DNA of 45,933 nucleotides from an uncultured Oscillospiraceae bacterium (GCA_964506035.1 CAZDLE010000001.1:109-46041), one strand, 5' to 3'. Shown: positions 32,430-41,571, numbered from the stretch's first letter. Made by a program: numbers and translations. Notes: a model not told the origin generated them from the letters alone.

Positions 32430-33008
32430 ATGAAAACAAAAAATCGCACAATGTACATCGTTATAACGGCAATGTTTTCCGCATTGTTGGTTGGTGGCAA
32501 ACAGGCGTTGGCTGCAATACCCAACGTGGAAGTCGTTACCATACTTATTGCTCTTTGCGCCTACGTTTGGGGGCTTGGGGTTTGTTTGCCTGCCGTTTTT
32601 GTTTTTATTGCATGCGACATTGCAATCTACGGCGTACAAACGTGGGTTATCAGCTACGTCATCCATTGGAACGTCGTTGCTATTGCATTTTGGTTGTTAT
32701 CAAAAATCAAAACGGGCAAGGTGCTAACGGCGGTGTTGGCAACTGCCACGGCAACAATTCTAACTGCAACGTTTGGTGTGCTAACCAGTTTTGTTGACGT
32801 TTGTATAGGCTACGTTGGTGGCGAAGGGTTCTTTTTTGATTGGCACAACGTTGCACAACGGTTCGTTGCAATGTACGTTGCAGGCATTGCATTTTACGTC
32901 ACCCACGTAGTGTGCAATTTTTCGTTGTTTGCCGTTGCATTTTTGCCGCTGCAAAAAATCAATCAAAAGGCAAAACTGCGACTTTTTGACCATCAAAACG
33001 ATATATAA
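32430..33008 (+). CDS. ECF transporter S component, CbrT-like (cobalamin)
   Basis: ALAAIPNVEVVT motif, 5-6 TM segments and riboswitch context. Confidence 0.8.
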   Translation: MKTKNRTMYIVITAMFSALLVGGKQALAAIPNVEVVTILIALCAYVWGLGVCLPAVFVFIACDIAIYGVQTWVISYVIHWNVVAIAFWLLSKIKTGKVLTAVLATATATILTATFGVLTSFVDVCIGYVGGEGFFFDWHNVAQRFVAMYVAGIAFYVTHVVCNFSLFAVAFLPLQKINQKAKLRLFDHQNDI

Positions 33009-33040
33009 CTACTTATAACAAAAAGAATAACATTGTTTTG

Positions 33041-33069
33041 TTGACAAAAATTCGTATCTGCTTTATACT
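33041..33069 (+). promoter_or_regulatory. sigmaA-type promoter of proS
   Basis: TTGACA-17 nt-TATACT. Confidence 0.8.
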
Positions 33070-33139
33070 TGTAAACGCAATCCAAGTGGTTGCGTTTTTG
33101 CATATAACTACGGTAATTTTTACATTTGGAGATATAACT

Positions 33140-34576
33140 ATGGCAGAAAAACAATTTGTTAGAGACGTTGCCGACATCAACGAAAACTTCCCCCAATGGT
33201 ACACCGACGTGGTACTAAAAACTCAACTTGTGGACTACGGCCCCGTTAAAGGCACGATGGTAATCCGCCCTTATGGTTATGCCATTTGGGAAAACATCCA
33301 AAAGGAACTTGACGCACGCTTTAAGGCTACGGGACATCAAAACTGCTATTTTCCGCTGTTTATTCCCCACAGTTTGTTACTAAAGGAAGCAGAGCACGTC
33401 GAAGGTTTTGCGCCGGAAGTTGCAATGGTGCACGTTGCCGGTGGCGAAAAACTCGCCGAACCGTTGGTTGTTCGTCCCACAAGTGAAACAATCTTTTGCC
33501 ACATGTTTTCCAAGTGGATCAACAGCTATCGTGACTTGCCCCTAAAACTCAACCAATGGGCAAACGTCGTTCGTTGGGAAAAAACGACACGTCCGTTTTT
33601 GCGCACAAGCGAATTTTTGTGGCAGGAAGGTCACACAATCCACGCCACCCGTGAGGAATCTTTCAAGGAAACTATCGACATGTTGCACTTGTATCAAGAT
33701 TTTGCTCGCGAAGTACTTGCAATGCCCACTTTTATTGGACAAAAAAGCGAAAAGGAAAAGTTTGCCGGTGCAGAAGCTACCTACGGTATGGAAGCAATGA
33801 TGTTGGATGGCAAATCGTTGCAAGCAGGCACAACCCACCACTTTGGACAAAAGTTTAGCAAGGCTTACGACATCACCTTTTTAGACAAGGATTCCACCCA
33901 CAAACACGTTTGGCAATCCAGCTGGGGCGTATCTACTCGTCTTATCGGCGCAATTATCATGGCACACGGCGATCAACGTGGTCTTGTGTTGCCACCTCGC
34001 ATTGCACCCATCCAAGTTGTGGTAATCCCCGTTGCCGCACACAAAGCGGGCGTTATCGAAAAGGCTACGGAAGTTGCAAATCAACTTAAACAAGCAGGTT
34101 TGCGCGTAGAATTGGACGTTCGCGACCAATCTCCCGGATGGAAATTTAACGAGTGGGAAATGAAAGGTGTTCCCGTTCGTTTGGAAATCGGTCCACGCGA
34201 TATCGAAAACGGAGTTGCAACCTATTCGCGCCGTGATACCTGCACCAAAGATACAATGGCGTTGGACAACGTTGCACAAACGGTTAGCGCATTGTTGGAG
34301 GAAATCCAAACGGCAATGTACAACAAATCGTTGGCATTCCGCGATAGTCACGTAAAATACGCTCACAACATGGACGAACTTGGTCAAATTTTGGACGACA
34401 AATGTTTTGCAAAGGTGGTTTGGGATCAAGATGCCGATTGCGAAGCAATGTTCAAGGAAAAATTCCAAGCAACGGTACGTGTAATGCTGGACGAAGAACC
34501 CTTCCAAGACGTTTGCACCTGCTGTGGCAAAAAAGGCAACAACCTTCGCGTTGCCATCGTCGCCCGTGCATACTAA
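33140..34576 (+). CDS. proS: Proline--tRNA ligase (archaeal/eukaryote-like type)
   Basis: FPQWYTDVV, RPTSET, RWE...PFLRTSEFLWQEGHT, SWGVSTR, C-terminal ARAY. ATG 33140 follows GGAG. Confidence 0.97.
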   Translation: MAEKQFVRDVADINENFPQWYTDVVLKTQLVDYGPVKGTMVIRPYGYAIWENIQKELDARFKATGHQNCYFPLFIPHSLLLKEAEHVEGFAPEVAMVHVAGGEKLAEPLVVRPTSETIFCHMFSKWINSYRDLPLKLNQWANVVRWEKTTRPFLRTSEFLWQEGHTIHATREESFKETIDMLHLYQDFAREVLAMPTFIGQKSEKEKFAGAEATYGMEAMMLDGKSLQAGTTHHFGQKFSKAYDITFLDKDSTHKHVWQSSWGVSTRLIGAIIMAHGDQRGLVLPPRIAPIQVVVIPVAAHKAGVIEKATEVANQLKQAGLRVELDVRDQSPGWKFNEWEMKGVPVRLEIGPRDIENGVATYSRRDTCTKDTMALDNVAQTVSALLEEIQTAMYNKSLAFRDSHVKYAHNMDELGQILDDKCFAKVVWDQDADCEAMFKEKFQATVRVMLDEEPFQDVCTCCGKKGNNLRVAIVARAY

Positions 34577-34591
34577 TTAAAATAACAAACC

Positions 34592-34623
34592 AAAACTCTC
34601 AAGCACCCCTTGGGAGTTTTTTT
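34592..34623 (+). terminator. Intrinsic terminator after proS
   Basis: AAAACTCTCAAG-caccc-CTTGGGAGTTTTTTT. Confidence 0.8.
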
Positions 34624-34898
34624 GATAACTGTAGCCAAATGAGTTAACAAATCAATGTTTATAGAAGTGTACGTGTGTTTTAGCGGACGAACATCTATAA
34701 AGACAATTTGGTTTTCCGTTCAATCTTCGTCACAAATACAACAATATCAACAATCCAAAACTCTCAAGCACCCTTGTGGGGGGGATTTAATGGAAGTCGT
34801 TTGTTATAGCAATGGCAATGGTGCGTTTGCAGGGGTTCGATTTTGGCAAAATTCGTGCAGTGTTGACAAGTTTTTGACGGCAATCTACATCAAAAAAC

Positions 34899-34926
34899 TT
34901 GACTATTTGCGTAAAATCTATATAAT
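34899..34926 (+). promoter_or_regulatory. sigmaA-type promoter
   Basis: TTGACT-16 nt-TATAAT. Confidence 0.65.
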
Positions 34927-34975
34927 GTACTTGTATGATTTTTCATAAAAAATTTTTGAAAAGGAGAAATTAAAA

Positions 34976-35416
34976 ATGAAAAAAATTCTTGTTATTGCTC
35001 TTGCAGTAGTAATGTTGGTTTCCGTTTTTGCTCTTACAGCTTGCGGTACCGAAACTTACACAGGCGAATGTCACTATGCAAATAAGTATGATGCTACTAA
35101 GTCCGACTATGGTGTAAAAGTTGACGTTGCAGTTAGCGGTGGCGTTATCAAATCCGTAAAACTTTACACAGACGAAGAAACCGGTTGGACAAGAACAACC
35201 TCATCTTGGGATGGATATGCTGATGCTGAAGCTGCTTACGAAGAATATCTTGGAAGATTTGTAGGTAAAACAGTTGAAGAAGTTAAAGCTATCGTTGCTA
35301 CAGCAACTGCTGAATCTCAAACTGTTACAACAGAAGGTTGGACAATTGCCGGTGCAACTCAATCTTCCGCTCGTATTATCGTTGCAATCCAAAACGCTCT
35401 TGCAAAAATCAAGTAA
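34976..35416 (+). CDS. Lipoprotein with FMN-binding (flavinylated) domain
   Basis: Lipobox LTAC, VKVDVAVSGGVIKSV strand pattern and flavinylation-type motif IAGATQSS followed by a helix. Strongly biased codons. Adjacent to apbE. Confidence 0.85.
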   Translation: MKKILVIALAVVMLVSVFALTACGTETYTGECHYANKYDATKSDYGVKVDVAVSGGVIKSVKLYTDEETGWTRTTSSWDGYADAEAAYEEYLGRFVGKTVEEVKAIVATATAESQTVTTEGWTIAGATQSSARIIVAIQNALAKIK

Positions 35417-35422
35417 TTTGGA

Positions 35423-35524
35423 TACTCAACACAATCACAAACAACAAGGCATTTCAATCCTTGACCGTCCGCTTCCACCACTGCGGAGTACTCAACACAA
35501 TCACAAACAACAAGGCATTTCAAT
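35423..35524. repeat. Exact 36-bp direct repeat x2 separated by a 30-bp GC-rich spacer (CRISPR-like geometry, no cas genes in window)
   Basis: TACTCAACACAATCACAAACAACAAGGCATTTCAAT at 35423-35458 and 35489-35524. Spacer CCTTGACCGTCCGCTTCCACCACTGCGGAG at 35459-35488. Confidence 0.95.
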
Positions 35525-35543
35525 GTGAAATGCCTTTCGTTTT
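35512..35543 (+). terminator. Terminator whose left arm is the end of the second 36-bp repeat
   Basis: AAGGCATTTCA-atg-TGAAATGCCTT-TCGTTTT. Confidence 0.75.
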
Positions 35544-36010
35544 GCAATTTTTTTGTTGCGTTTTGCGATACCAACGTTTTGTTCAATCAAAACCGTGTTT
35601 AATGGTTGTAAGGGCGACTTGATGTTATCGTGTGGATATTCTTTGTAAACACAATATAATTTTCGATTTTGCAACGTCAAACTGCTTTGTACGAATATAT
35701 CACTTATTAAACCAAGTTTATTGTTGCCAAATTTAAGGTATGTGTGGTAAAATAGTGTAGCAAAAAAACGCAGTACGTCGGCAAATAATCGTGATTTGCG
35801 TTGCAATCAATCAAAATGGCAACCAAAAATCACTTTTTTGACGTTCACAAATCTACACTGCAAAATTCGACTTCTACTGTTTGAAAGGGGCGGATTTTTA
35901 TCAATTTTGCCCTGCGCAAACGTTGCTATTTGCAATCAATCAAAACACATAAGGAGCGGTTTTTCCACCGCAACTATTGCAATCACTCAAAACTCAACTA
36001 TAAGGTCTCA

Positions 36011-38032
36011 ATGAAAAAACTTCTTTTAACAATTTTGATAGTCGTTTTGTGTTGCTCTACGCTTGCCACCTGTTGTGCGAGCGCTTTTGCCGACCAAACT
36101 TCGCAAAATCAAAGCAGTTTTTGGGTTGAGGACGAAACAGGCGGTTTTTACGTCCGCTCAATTTTGAATAAAGATAATCAGCCCTACGGTGTGGAGTTTT
36201 CCAAAAGCTACTTTGGCACAGGCGATATTCCCGTTACGGTGCAAATCTACTCCGGCGGTACGCTTGACCTAAATTTTTGGATAGGCGCAAACAGCCTAAC
36301 GGATGACCAAATCGCAACACGCAACAAAGTTGTGGAGATTTTTTCTTGGATTGATGACACAATCAAACACGTGGACGGTATTGCTAACACGCAATATGCC
36401 GATTCGGACGTCTACAAATATAACCAAGCGGAATATGGCGCAAGGTTGCAAATCGACTTGGATACCTATCAAATGTTGACCATTGCACAGCAGATGTACA
36501 CGCTAACAAACGGTGCGTTTAATCCTGCAACCTATCGTTTGGTGGATTTGTGGGGATTTTCCAGCAGAATTTTTTCCAACGGAAATTTCTGTTTACCGTA
36601 CGACCGTCAAATAACTGCGGAACAATTTTTCACAACGGGCTATCCTTTGCCCGATCAAAAATATATCACGGCATTTAGCGACCCAAGTTTTACCGATTTT
36701 TCCCCAACGGCGGTGGAACTTAGCAAAGAAGAAACGGAAAGCGAAACAAAATACTACGTCACAAAAAAGGTTCAACCGCAAGTTTTGGATGGCGTAACCT
36801 ATCAGCAATGGCTGGATTTGGGCGGTGTTGCCAAAGGCTACGTTGTGGATTTGATCAAGCAGTATCTTGCGCAACAACACGTAACATGTTACTCCGTAGA
36901 TGCCGGCAGCAGCAGTCAAACCTACGGCTGCAATGCAAACGGTGGTTCGTGGGAAATGCACATTCTAAACCCCTTTGACGATTTGGTGTGGATTTTTCCG
37001 CAAATCGCAACGCTTTTGGGAATTGATTCCACCAACAAATCTGTTTCCACCAGTGGACAGTACGTCCGCAAATACGTCACAAACGGTATCGAATACGCAC
37101 ATATTATCGACGGAACGCGTGGTGCACCTGCTCAAACGGGCATAAAATCCATCACGTTGACCTTCCCGGACGATAACGGTGCCAATTTTTGGGCATGCAA
37201 AGCCGATTGTCTTTCTACTGCGCTAACAGTGACGGGACGTGACGGTATCGTGGACTTTTTTAACGGTGATTTTTGCAAAGATAACAACGTGGACGTTGTT
37301 GCTATGTACCAATCGGTGGACGGTAGCAAGCAGATACTTTCCAACGTGGAACAAAGCAAATTGACCTATCAAGCGGAGGAACTGGGCGCGTTCAGTTGGA
37401 ACTGCAAACAGGTGGACGGCGTTTGGCAGTACGACGCTAACGCTTTGCTGATTGAACCCCACCAAACAAGTTACACTTGGGTGCTTGTTGTTATCGCAGT
37501 TGTGGTGGTGGCGTTGTTTGGTTTAGTTGTGGTTGCACGCTACACAATCCACAAGCAAAAATTCGCTCAAAACATACAAAACGCCAAAAAGGACAAGTTT
37601 TTTAAGCCCATCGACGTTATGGTCTACTTGGCGGTCGCGCTGGTAATCGTGATACTGTTTTCGGTGTTTTTCGGCAGTGATAATGGTACAAACCAAAAAA
37701 TAAACGTAGTTACCATTGTGGATTTGCAAAACAATCAAACGCTGTTTGTGTACAATTTGCAACGCAACGAGTACGAGATAACCCAAGATACCTCGTGGCA
37801 AGTAACTGTTACGCAAACGGAAAATGGCATTGTAGTGCTATTGGAAAACACACTGGACGACGAACAACGTTTTAACCAACTAACAATCACGCGCGGACAA
37901 GCTCCCACTGTCAAAATGACAGATTCCCTTTGCGGATTTCACCAAGATTGCGTTCGTAACTTTGGCAAACTTACAACGGCTTCGCAAACCATTGTTTGTA
38001 GCCCCAACTACCTAAAAATTGTTACCGCCTAA
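36011..38032 (+). CDS. apbE: FAD:protein FMN transferase (ApbE) fused via two TM helices to a NusG domain II (DUF1312/EetA-like) domain
   Basis: Signal peptide; ApbE motifs GAFNPA..RLVDLWGF, DLGGVAKGYVVD, STSGQY, HIIDG and ADCLSTAL; two TM segments; C-terminal KMTDSLCGFHQDCV...QTIVCSPNYLKI. Start at ATG 36011. Confidence 0.88.
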   Translation: MKKLLLTILIVVLCCSTLATCCASAFADQTSQNQSSFWVEDETGGFYVRSILNKDNQPYGVEFSKSYFGTGDIPVTVQIYSGGTLDLNFWIGANSLTDDQIATRNKVVEIFSWIDDTIKHVDGIANTQYADSDVYKYNQAEYGARLQIDLDTYQMLTIAQQMYTLTNGAFNPATYRLVDLWGFSSRIFSNGNFCLPYDRQITAEQFFTTGYPLPDQKYITAFSDPSFTDFSPTAVELSKEETESETKYYVTKKVQPQVLDGVTYQQWLDLGGVAKGYVVDLIKQYLAQQHVTCYSVDAGSSSQTYGCNANGGSWEMHILNPFDDLVWIFPQIATLLGIDSTNKSVSTSGQYVRKYVTNGIEYAHIIDGTRGAPAQTGIKSITLTFPDDNGANFWACKADCLSTALTVTGRDGIVDFFNGDFCKDNNVDVVAMYQSVDGSKQILSNVEQSKLTYQAEELGAFSWNCKQVDGVWQYDANALLIEPHQTSYTWVLVVIAVVVVALFGLVVVARYTIHKQKFAQNIQNAKKDKFFKPIDVMVYLAVALVIVILFSVFFGSDNGTNQKINVVTIVDLQNNQTLFVYNLQRNEYEITQDTSWQVTVTQTENGIVVLLENTLDDEQRFNQLTITRGQAPTVKMTDSLCGFHQDCVRNFGKLTTASQTIVCSPNYLKIVTA

Positions 38033-38072
38033 ACACACGGATAACACAGCAAACAACTTGCATTTGATTGCA

Positions 38073-38138
38073 AACTGCACAAAAGTTACCATTTAACTAC
38101 ACAAAACAGGTACTTCAATTACACAAAATCGACAATTT
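38073..38138 (+). repeat. Degenerate 22-bp tandem repeat x3
   Basis: AA(C/T)T(G/A)CACAAAA at 38073, 38095 and 38117. Confidence 0.55.
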
Positions 38139-38345
38139 TTAATAAAATTGCAAGATAAAAACAATCTCGAAAAACATCTAAACTAAACCTGAACAACAAA
38201 GATTATTGTAGATAAAAGTATCAAATTTTCGCTATCTAACTTATCGCAGTTCAACATAGCGCAACTATGTTATGACGTAACGTATAAGTTACTTGCAGTA
38301 ATCACAATACTCGCAAACGTAAAACTACGCAAGGAACAATTTTCA

Positions 38346-38942
38346 ATGCCAATGCTCAACACAAAAACTAAATATTTCAACGCGAAACGTGTTGCAACGT
38401 TGTCGGTGTTGTGCGCCATGGGACTTATCATGTTTATGGTAGAAAGTCTGTTCCCTCCATTGTTTTTGCCGGGCGCAAAAATGGGTTTGTCCAACATCTT
38501 TTCGCTACTAACGTTGTACCTGCTTGGTCCAATCGACGCTTTGGTAGTGGTTGTTGTTCGCACCGTTTTGGGCAGTTTGTTTGGCGGCGGCATTTCCACG
38601 CTTATGTACAGCTTAACTGCAGGTATTGTTTCGGTTGTGATATCATCCTTTTTGGTAGAGTTTGTATACCCAAACGTTAGCATTGTTGCCATATCGGTGG
38701 TGTCGGCAATTTGTCACAACGTCACGCAAAACGTTGTTTTTTGTCTTATCAGCAACACTCCGGAAATGTTTTCCTACATGCCGTGGCTGGCAATGGTGGG
38801 CATTTTGGCAGGGCTCGTTGTGGGATTTGCCGTCAACTTGATTTTGCGCGCATTGCCCAACCGATTTGTTTTTGCACTGTCGCCAACAACCACGGACGTT
38901 GCTTCAGCAAAACAACCTGTCGATATTCACGGCGAAAACTAA
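38346..38942 (+). CDS. Gx transporter / heptaprenyl diphosphate synthase component I family membrane protein (EetB-like)
   Basis: VESLFPP..PGAKMGLSN, RTVLGSLFGG, SAICHNVTQ motifs. Follows the NusG-II domain, as is usual for this family. Confidence 0.88.
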   Translation: MPMLNTKTKYFNAKRVATLSVLCAMGLIMFMVESLFPPLFLPGAKMGLSNIFSLLTLYLLGPIDALVVVVVRTVLGSLFGGGISTLMYSLTAGIVSVVISSFLVEFVYPNVSIVAISVVSAICHNVTQNVVFCLISNTPEMFSYMPWLAMVGILAGLVVGFAVNLILRALPNRFVFALSPTTTDVASAKQPVDIHGEN

Positions 38943-38998
38943 CGTCCCTGCAAACATCCTAAAATCAAAAACAATTTCAATCAAAATTGGAACTTAGC

Positions 38999-39814
38999 AT
39001 GAAAAACATTCTTATTTTTAACGATATTTCCGCACTGGGCAACTGCTCGATGGCGGTAAATTTGCCGGTGCTAACCCACCTTGGACACAACTGCATCCCC
39101 ATCGTCACTGCACACTATTCGGCGCAAACGGGCTTTGAAAACTACCACGTCTTGCCTAACGCCAACGTTGGAGTTTTTGTGCAAGACGTGTTTCAGCATG
39201 CTCATCCTGATGCTTTCTACGTTGGTTTTTGCCAAAATGCGCAAACTCTTGCCAACGTTACTTCTGTGGTGCAAAACGTGCAAAACGCCTTTGTTTTGGT
39301 GGACCCCATCATGGGAGACAACGGCAAGTTATACCCCGTTTTTGACGAAACCTACCTGTTCGAAATGAAAAAAGCCGTGAAAAATGCCGACGTTATCACC
39401 CCCAACCTAACGGAGGCTTGTTTGCTTGCAGACGTTGACTACAACAATGTGACGTCTCACCAAACCGAAACTACTTTTTTGGCAACCGTAGGCGGATTTT
39501 TTGCCGATTTTCTCACAAAAACGGGTGCAAAAAGTGCCGTGATAACAGGCGTGCCTTGTGGCGATTTGATTGGCAACGTGGTGCTGACTTGCGACGGTAT
39601 TAGATACGTCACCAACACTCGCGCGCAAACCAATTTTTCCGGAACGGGCGATTTGTTTAGCTCCGTTGTGCTTGGCGAACTGCTCAACTCTCGCAGTTTG
39701 TTGCAAGCAACGCAAATTTCCGCAAGTTTCGTAGGCAACTGCGCCCACCAAACGCAACGCACCGACCGCCGTTTTGGTGTGGACTTTGCCACCTTTCTAC
39801 CCACGCTAAAATAG
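38999..39814 (+). CDS. pdxK: Pyridoxal/pyridoxamine kinase (PfkB fold)
   Basis: NDISALGNCS, VDPIMGDNGKLY, ITPNLTEACLL, GTGDLFSS. Confidence 0.85.
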   Translation: MKNILIFNDISALGNCSMAVNLPVLTHLGHNCIPIVTAHYSAQTGFENYHVLPNANVGVFVQDVFQHAHPDAFYVGFCQNAQTLANVTSVVQNVQNAFVLVDPIMGDNGKLYPVFDETYLFEMKKAVKNADVITPNLTEACLLADVDYNNVTSHQTETTFLATVGGFFADFLTKTGAKSAVITGVPCGDLIGNVVLTCDGIRYVTNTRAQTNFSGTGDLFSSVVLGELLNSRSLLQATQISASFVGNCAHQTQRTDRRFGVDFATFLPTLK

Positions 39815-39973
39815 TGGATTTTGCAACGATCAACAACGATAATAGTGTGCAACGGTAAACCGCTAACTGATTATAATTAGAATAGTGTCAAAAAAGCACT
39901 GTTAAATTTTGCTAAATTGTACAATTTTAAAAAAGTTTTTGCATTTATTTTAATCAACAACATCTTTCAACAA

Positions 39974-40005
39974 AAAAAGACTTTGGATTTTTCCAAAGTC
40001 TTTTT
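39974..40005. terminator. Bidirectional terminator
   Basis: AAAAAGACTTTGGA-tttt-TCCAAAGTCTTTTT. Confidence 0.85.
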
Positions 40006-40045
40006 GCGTTGCGTGTTATTTATGTTTTTACTACTCAAATCATAG

Positions 40046-41218
40046 TTACATCGAATAGTTTTTAAAATAGTTTTGTATCAAAACGATAGGGGTACCTTTG
40101 TCGCCACTGCCACTGGTAAGGTCGGCAAGGCTGGCAAGTAGGTCGGTTATTCTGCGTGGTGTTGTGCCTTGGCTAAGCATGTTGTTTACAAGGTTGCTTT
40201 GCTTTTGCGCAATCATCTTTTTTAGTTCCATTTCCGCTTGCTCGCGGTCAAGACCTGCAAGTTTGTTGTCGGCAACGTACTTCAATTTGATTTCGTTAGG
40301 AGTTCCAACAAGCCCGCTTGTGTATGCAGGTGAGCAAACAGGATCGGCAAGTTCCCAAATTCCGCCAACGGGATCCTTAAACGCACCGTCACCGTACACC
40401 ATGCACTCTAACTTTTTGCCCGTCTTTTCAAAGATGAGTTGTTGGATTTTCAGCACGAACGCTTCGCAATCACGCGGGAACAGTTTTACCGAGTTTTCCG
40501 TGGCGAGGTTGCTGCCCAAAATGCCGTAGTCGCTGTTAAAACCGGAACCGTCTACCGATTTTGTCATAAATTCGTCCAACGAGCATACCTTTTTTGCGCC
40601 CGCTTTTAGCAAAATCGCCTTTGTTTGCTTGCGCGTGTGGATATCCGCATTGATAACGTACTTGGTGTGATTTAAAATTTCGCAAGGATTGTTCGCCAAA
40701 ATAACTTGGCAGTTGCCAATTTCTTGATAGTAGTTGATGTAGTCCACACCGGTAAACACGTGCTTTACGTCGCCGAAGGTTTCGTGGAACTGTTCCGCAG
40801 TAAACACGTCGGTGTAGGGGTTTACACCCTTTTCCATAAGTTGCTCGGTGGTAACGAAACTGTTGCCCACTTCGTCGCTTGGGTAAGATAGTTGTACAAT
40901 CAGCTTTTTAACTCCCATGCTAATTGCCTTTAGCAACATGGAAAATCTGTTTCGTGAAAGTATCGGCATAACAAGACCGACCGTTTCGTCGCCAAATTTT
41001 TCGTGAACATCCTTTGCAATTTGCTCCAGCGTTGCATAGTTGCCTTGCGCCCTGCCCAAAACGGCTTCGGTAACGGCAACAACGTCCTTGTCGTGCAGTT
41101 CAAATCCACCGCCAACCGACGCATTAACAACGCAATCGGCAACGATTTGTGCAAGGTCGTCTCCCCGTTTGATGATTGGCGCACGTATTCCGCGAGATAT
41201 TGTTCCTTGGTAGTCCAT
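40046..41218 (-). CDS. Coenzyme F420-0:gamma-glutamyl ligase-like protein (CofE family, clostridial long form)
   Basis: GIRAPIIKRGDDL, VVAVTE, VYGDGAFKDP, DLTSGSGDKGTPIVLI. Confidence 0.82.
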   Translation of the reverse strand: MDYQGTISRGIRAPIIKRGDDLAQIVADCVVNASVGGGFELHDKDVVAVTEAVLGRAQGNYATLEQIAKDVHEKFGDETVGLVMPILSRNRFSMLLKAISMGVKKLIVQLSYPSDEVGNSFVTTEQLMEKGVNPYTDVFTAEQFHETFGDVKHVFTGVDYINYYQEIGNCQVILANNPCEILNHTKYVINADIHTRKQTKAILLKAGAKKVCSLDEFMTKSVDGSGFNSDYGILGSNLATENSVKLFPRDCEAFVLKIQQLIFEKTGKKLECMVYGDGAFKDPVGGIWELADPVCSPAYTSGLVGTPNEIKLKYVADNKLAGLDREQAEMELKKMIAQKQSNLVNNMLSQGTTPRRITDLLASLADLTSGSGDKGTPIVLIQNYFKNYSM

Positions 41219-41255
41219 AGTAGTACCCCCAAAACATAATATTTTTTACAAGTAG

Positions 41256-41284
41256 ATTTTACACCTTTTGGCATATTTAGTCAA
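41256..41284 (-). promoter_or_regulatory. sigmaA-type promoter of the CofE-like gene
   Basis: Minus strand TTGACT-17 nt-TAAAAT. Confidence 0.65.
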
Positions 41285-41532
41285 TAAATCTAAGCGGGTA
41301 CAATCACTCATTTTTCGATAAAACCACAAGTGCGAAAAGGACAAATCCGCAAAAGTTAAGCGGATTGACATAACAATAAATATAATGATAGACAGTGAGC
41401 AATAAGCGGATTGCAAAACAGCCACCACGTAAAGGAAATTGAACGGAAACAAAGTACTGCAAATTGATATACTATGTCAAAATGGAATACTAAAACTGCC
41501 GATAATATTCAAAATTCGCACAGCCTATCAAC

Positions 41533-41563
41533 AAAAACGGACGTAAACTCTGCTACGTCCGTT
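41533..41563 (-). terminator. Terminator after the MFS gene
   Basis: AACGGACGTA/TACGTCCGTT stem with a T-run on the minus strand. Confidence 0.7.
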
Positions 41564-41571
41564 AGATTTTT

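Noticed and set aside
35423-35524. Calling this a bona fide CRISPR array
   Set aside because: Only two repeats, no cas genes, no separate leader, and the repeat overlaps a host terminator. Kept as a repeat and a hypothesis instead.
35930-36010. N-terminal extensions given by the ORF track (apbE, gyrB, argS, proS, glmU, rSAM, ArsR, pdxK)
   Set aside because: Downstream starts fit the RBS, signal peptide or family N-terminus better.
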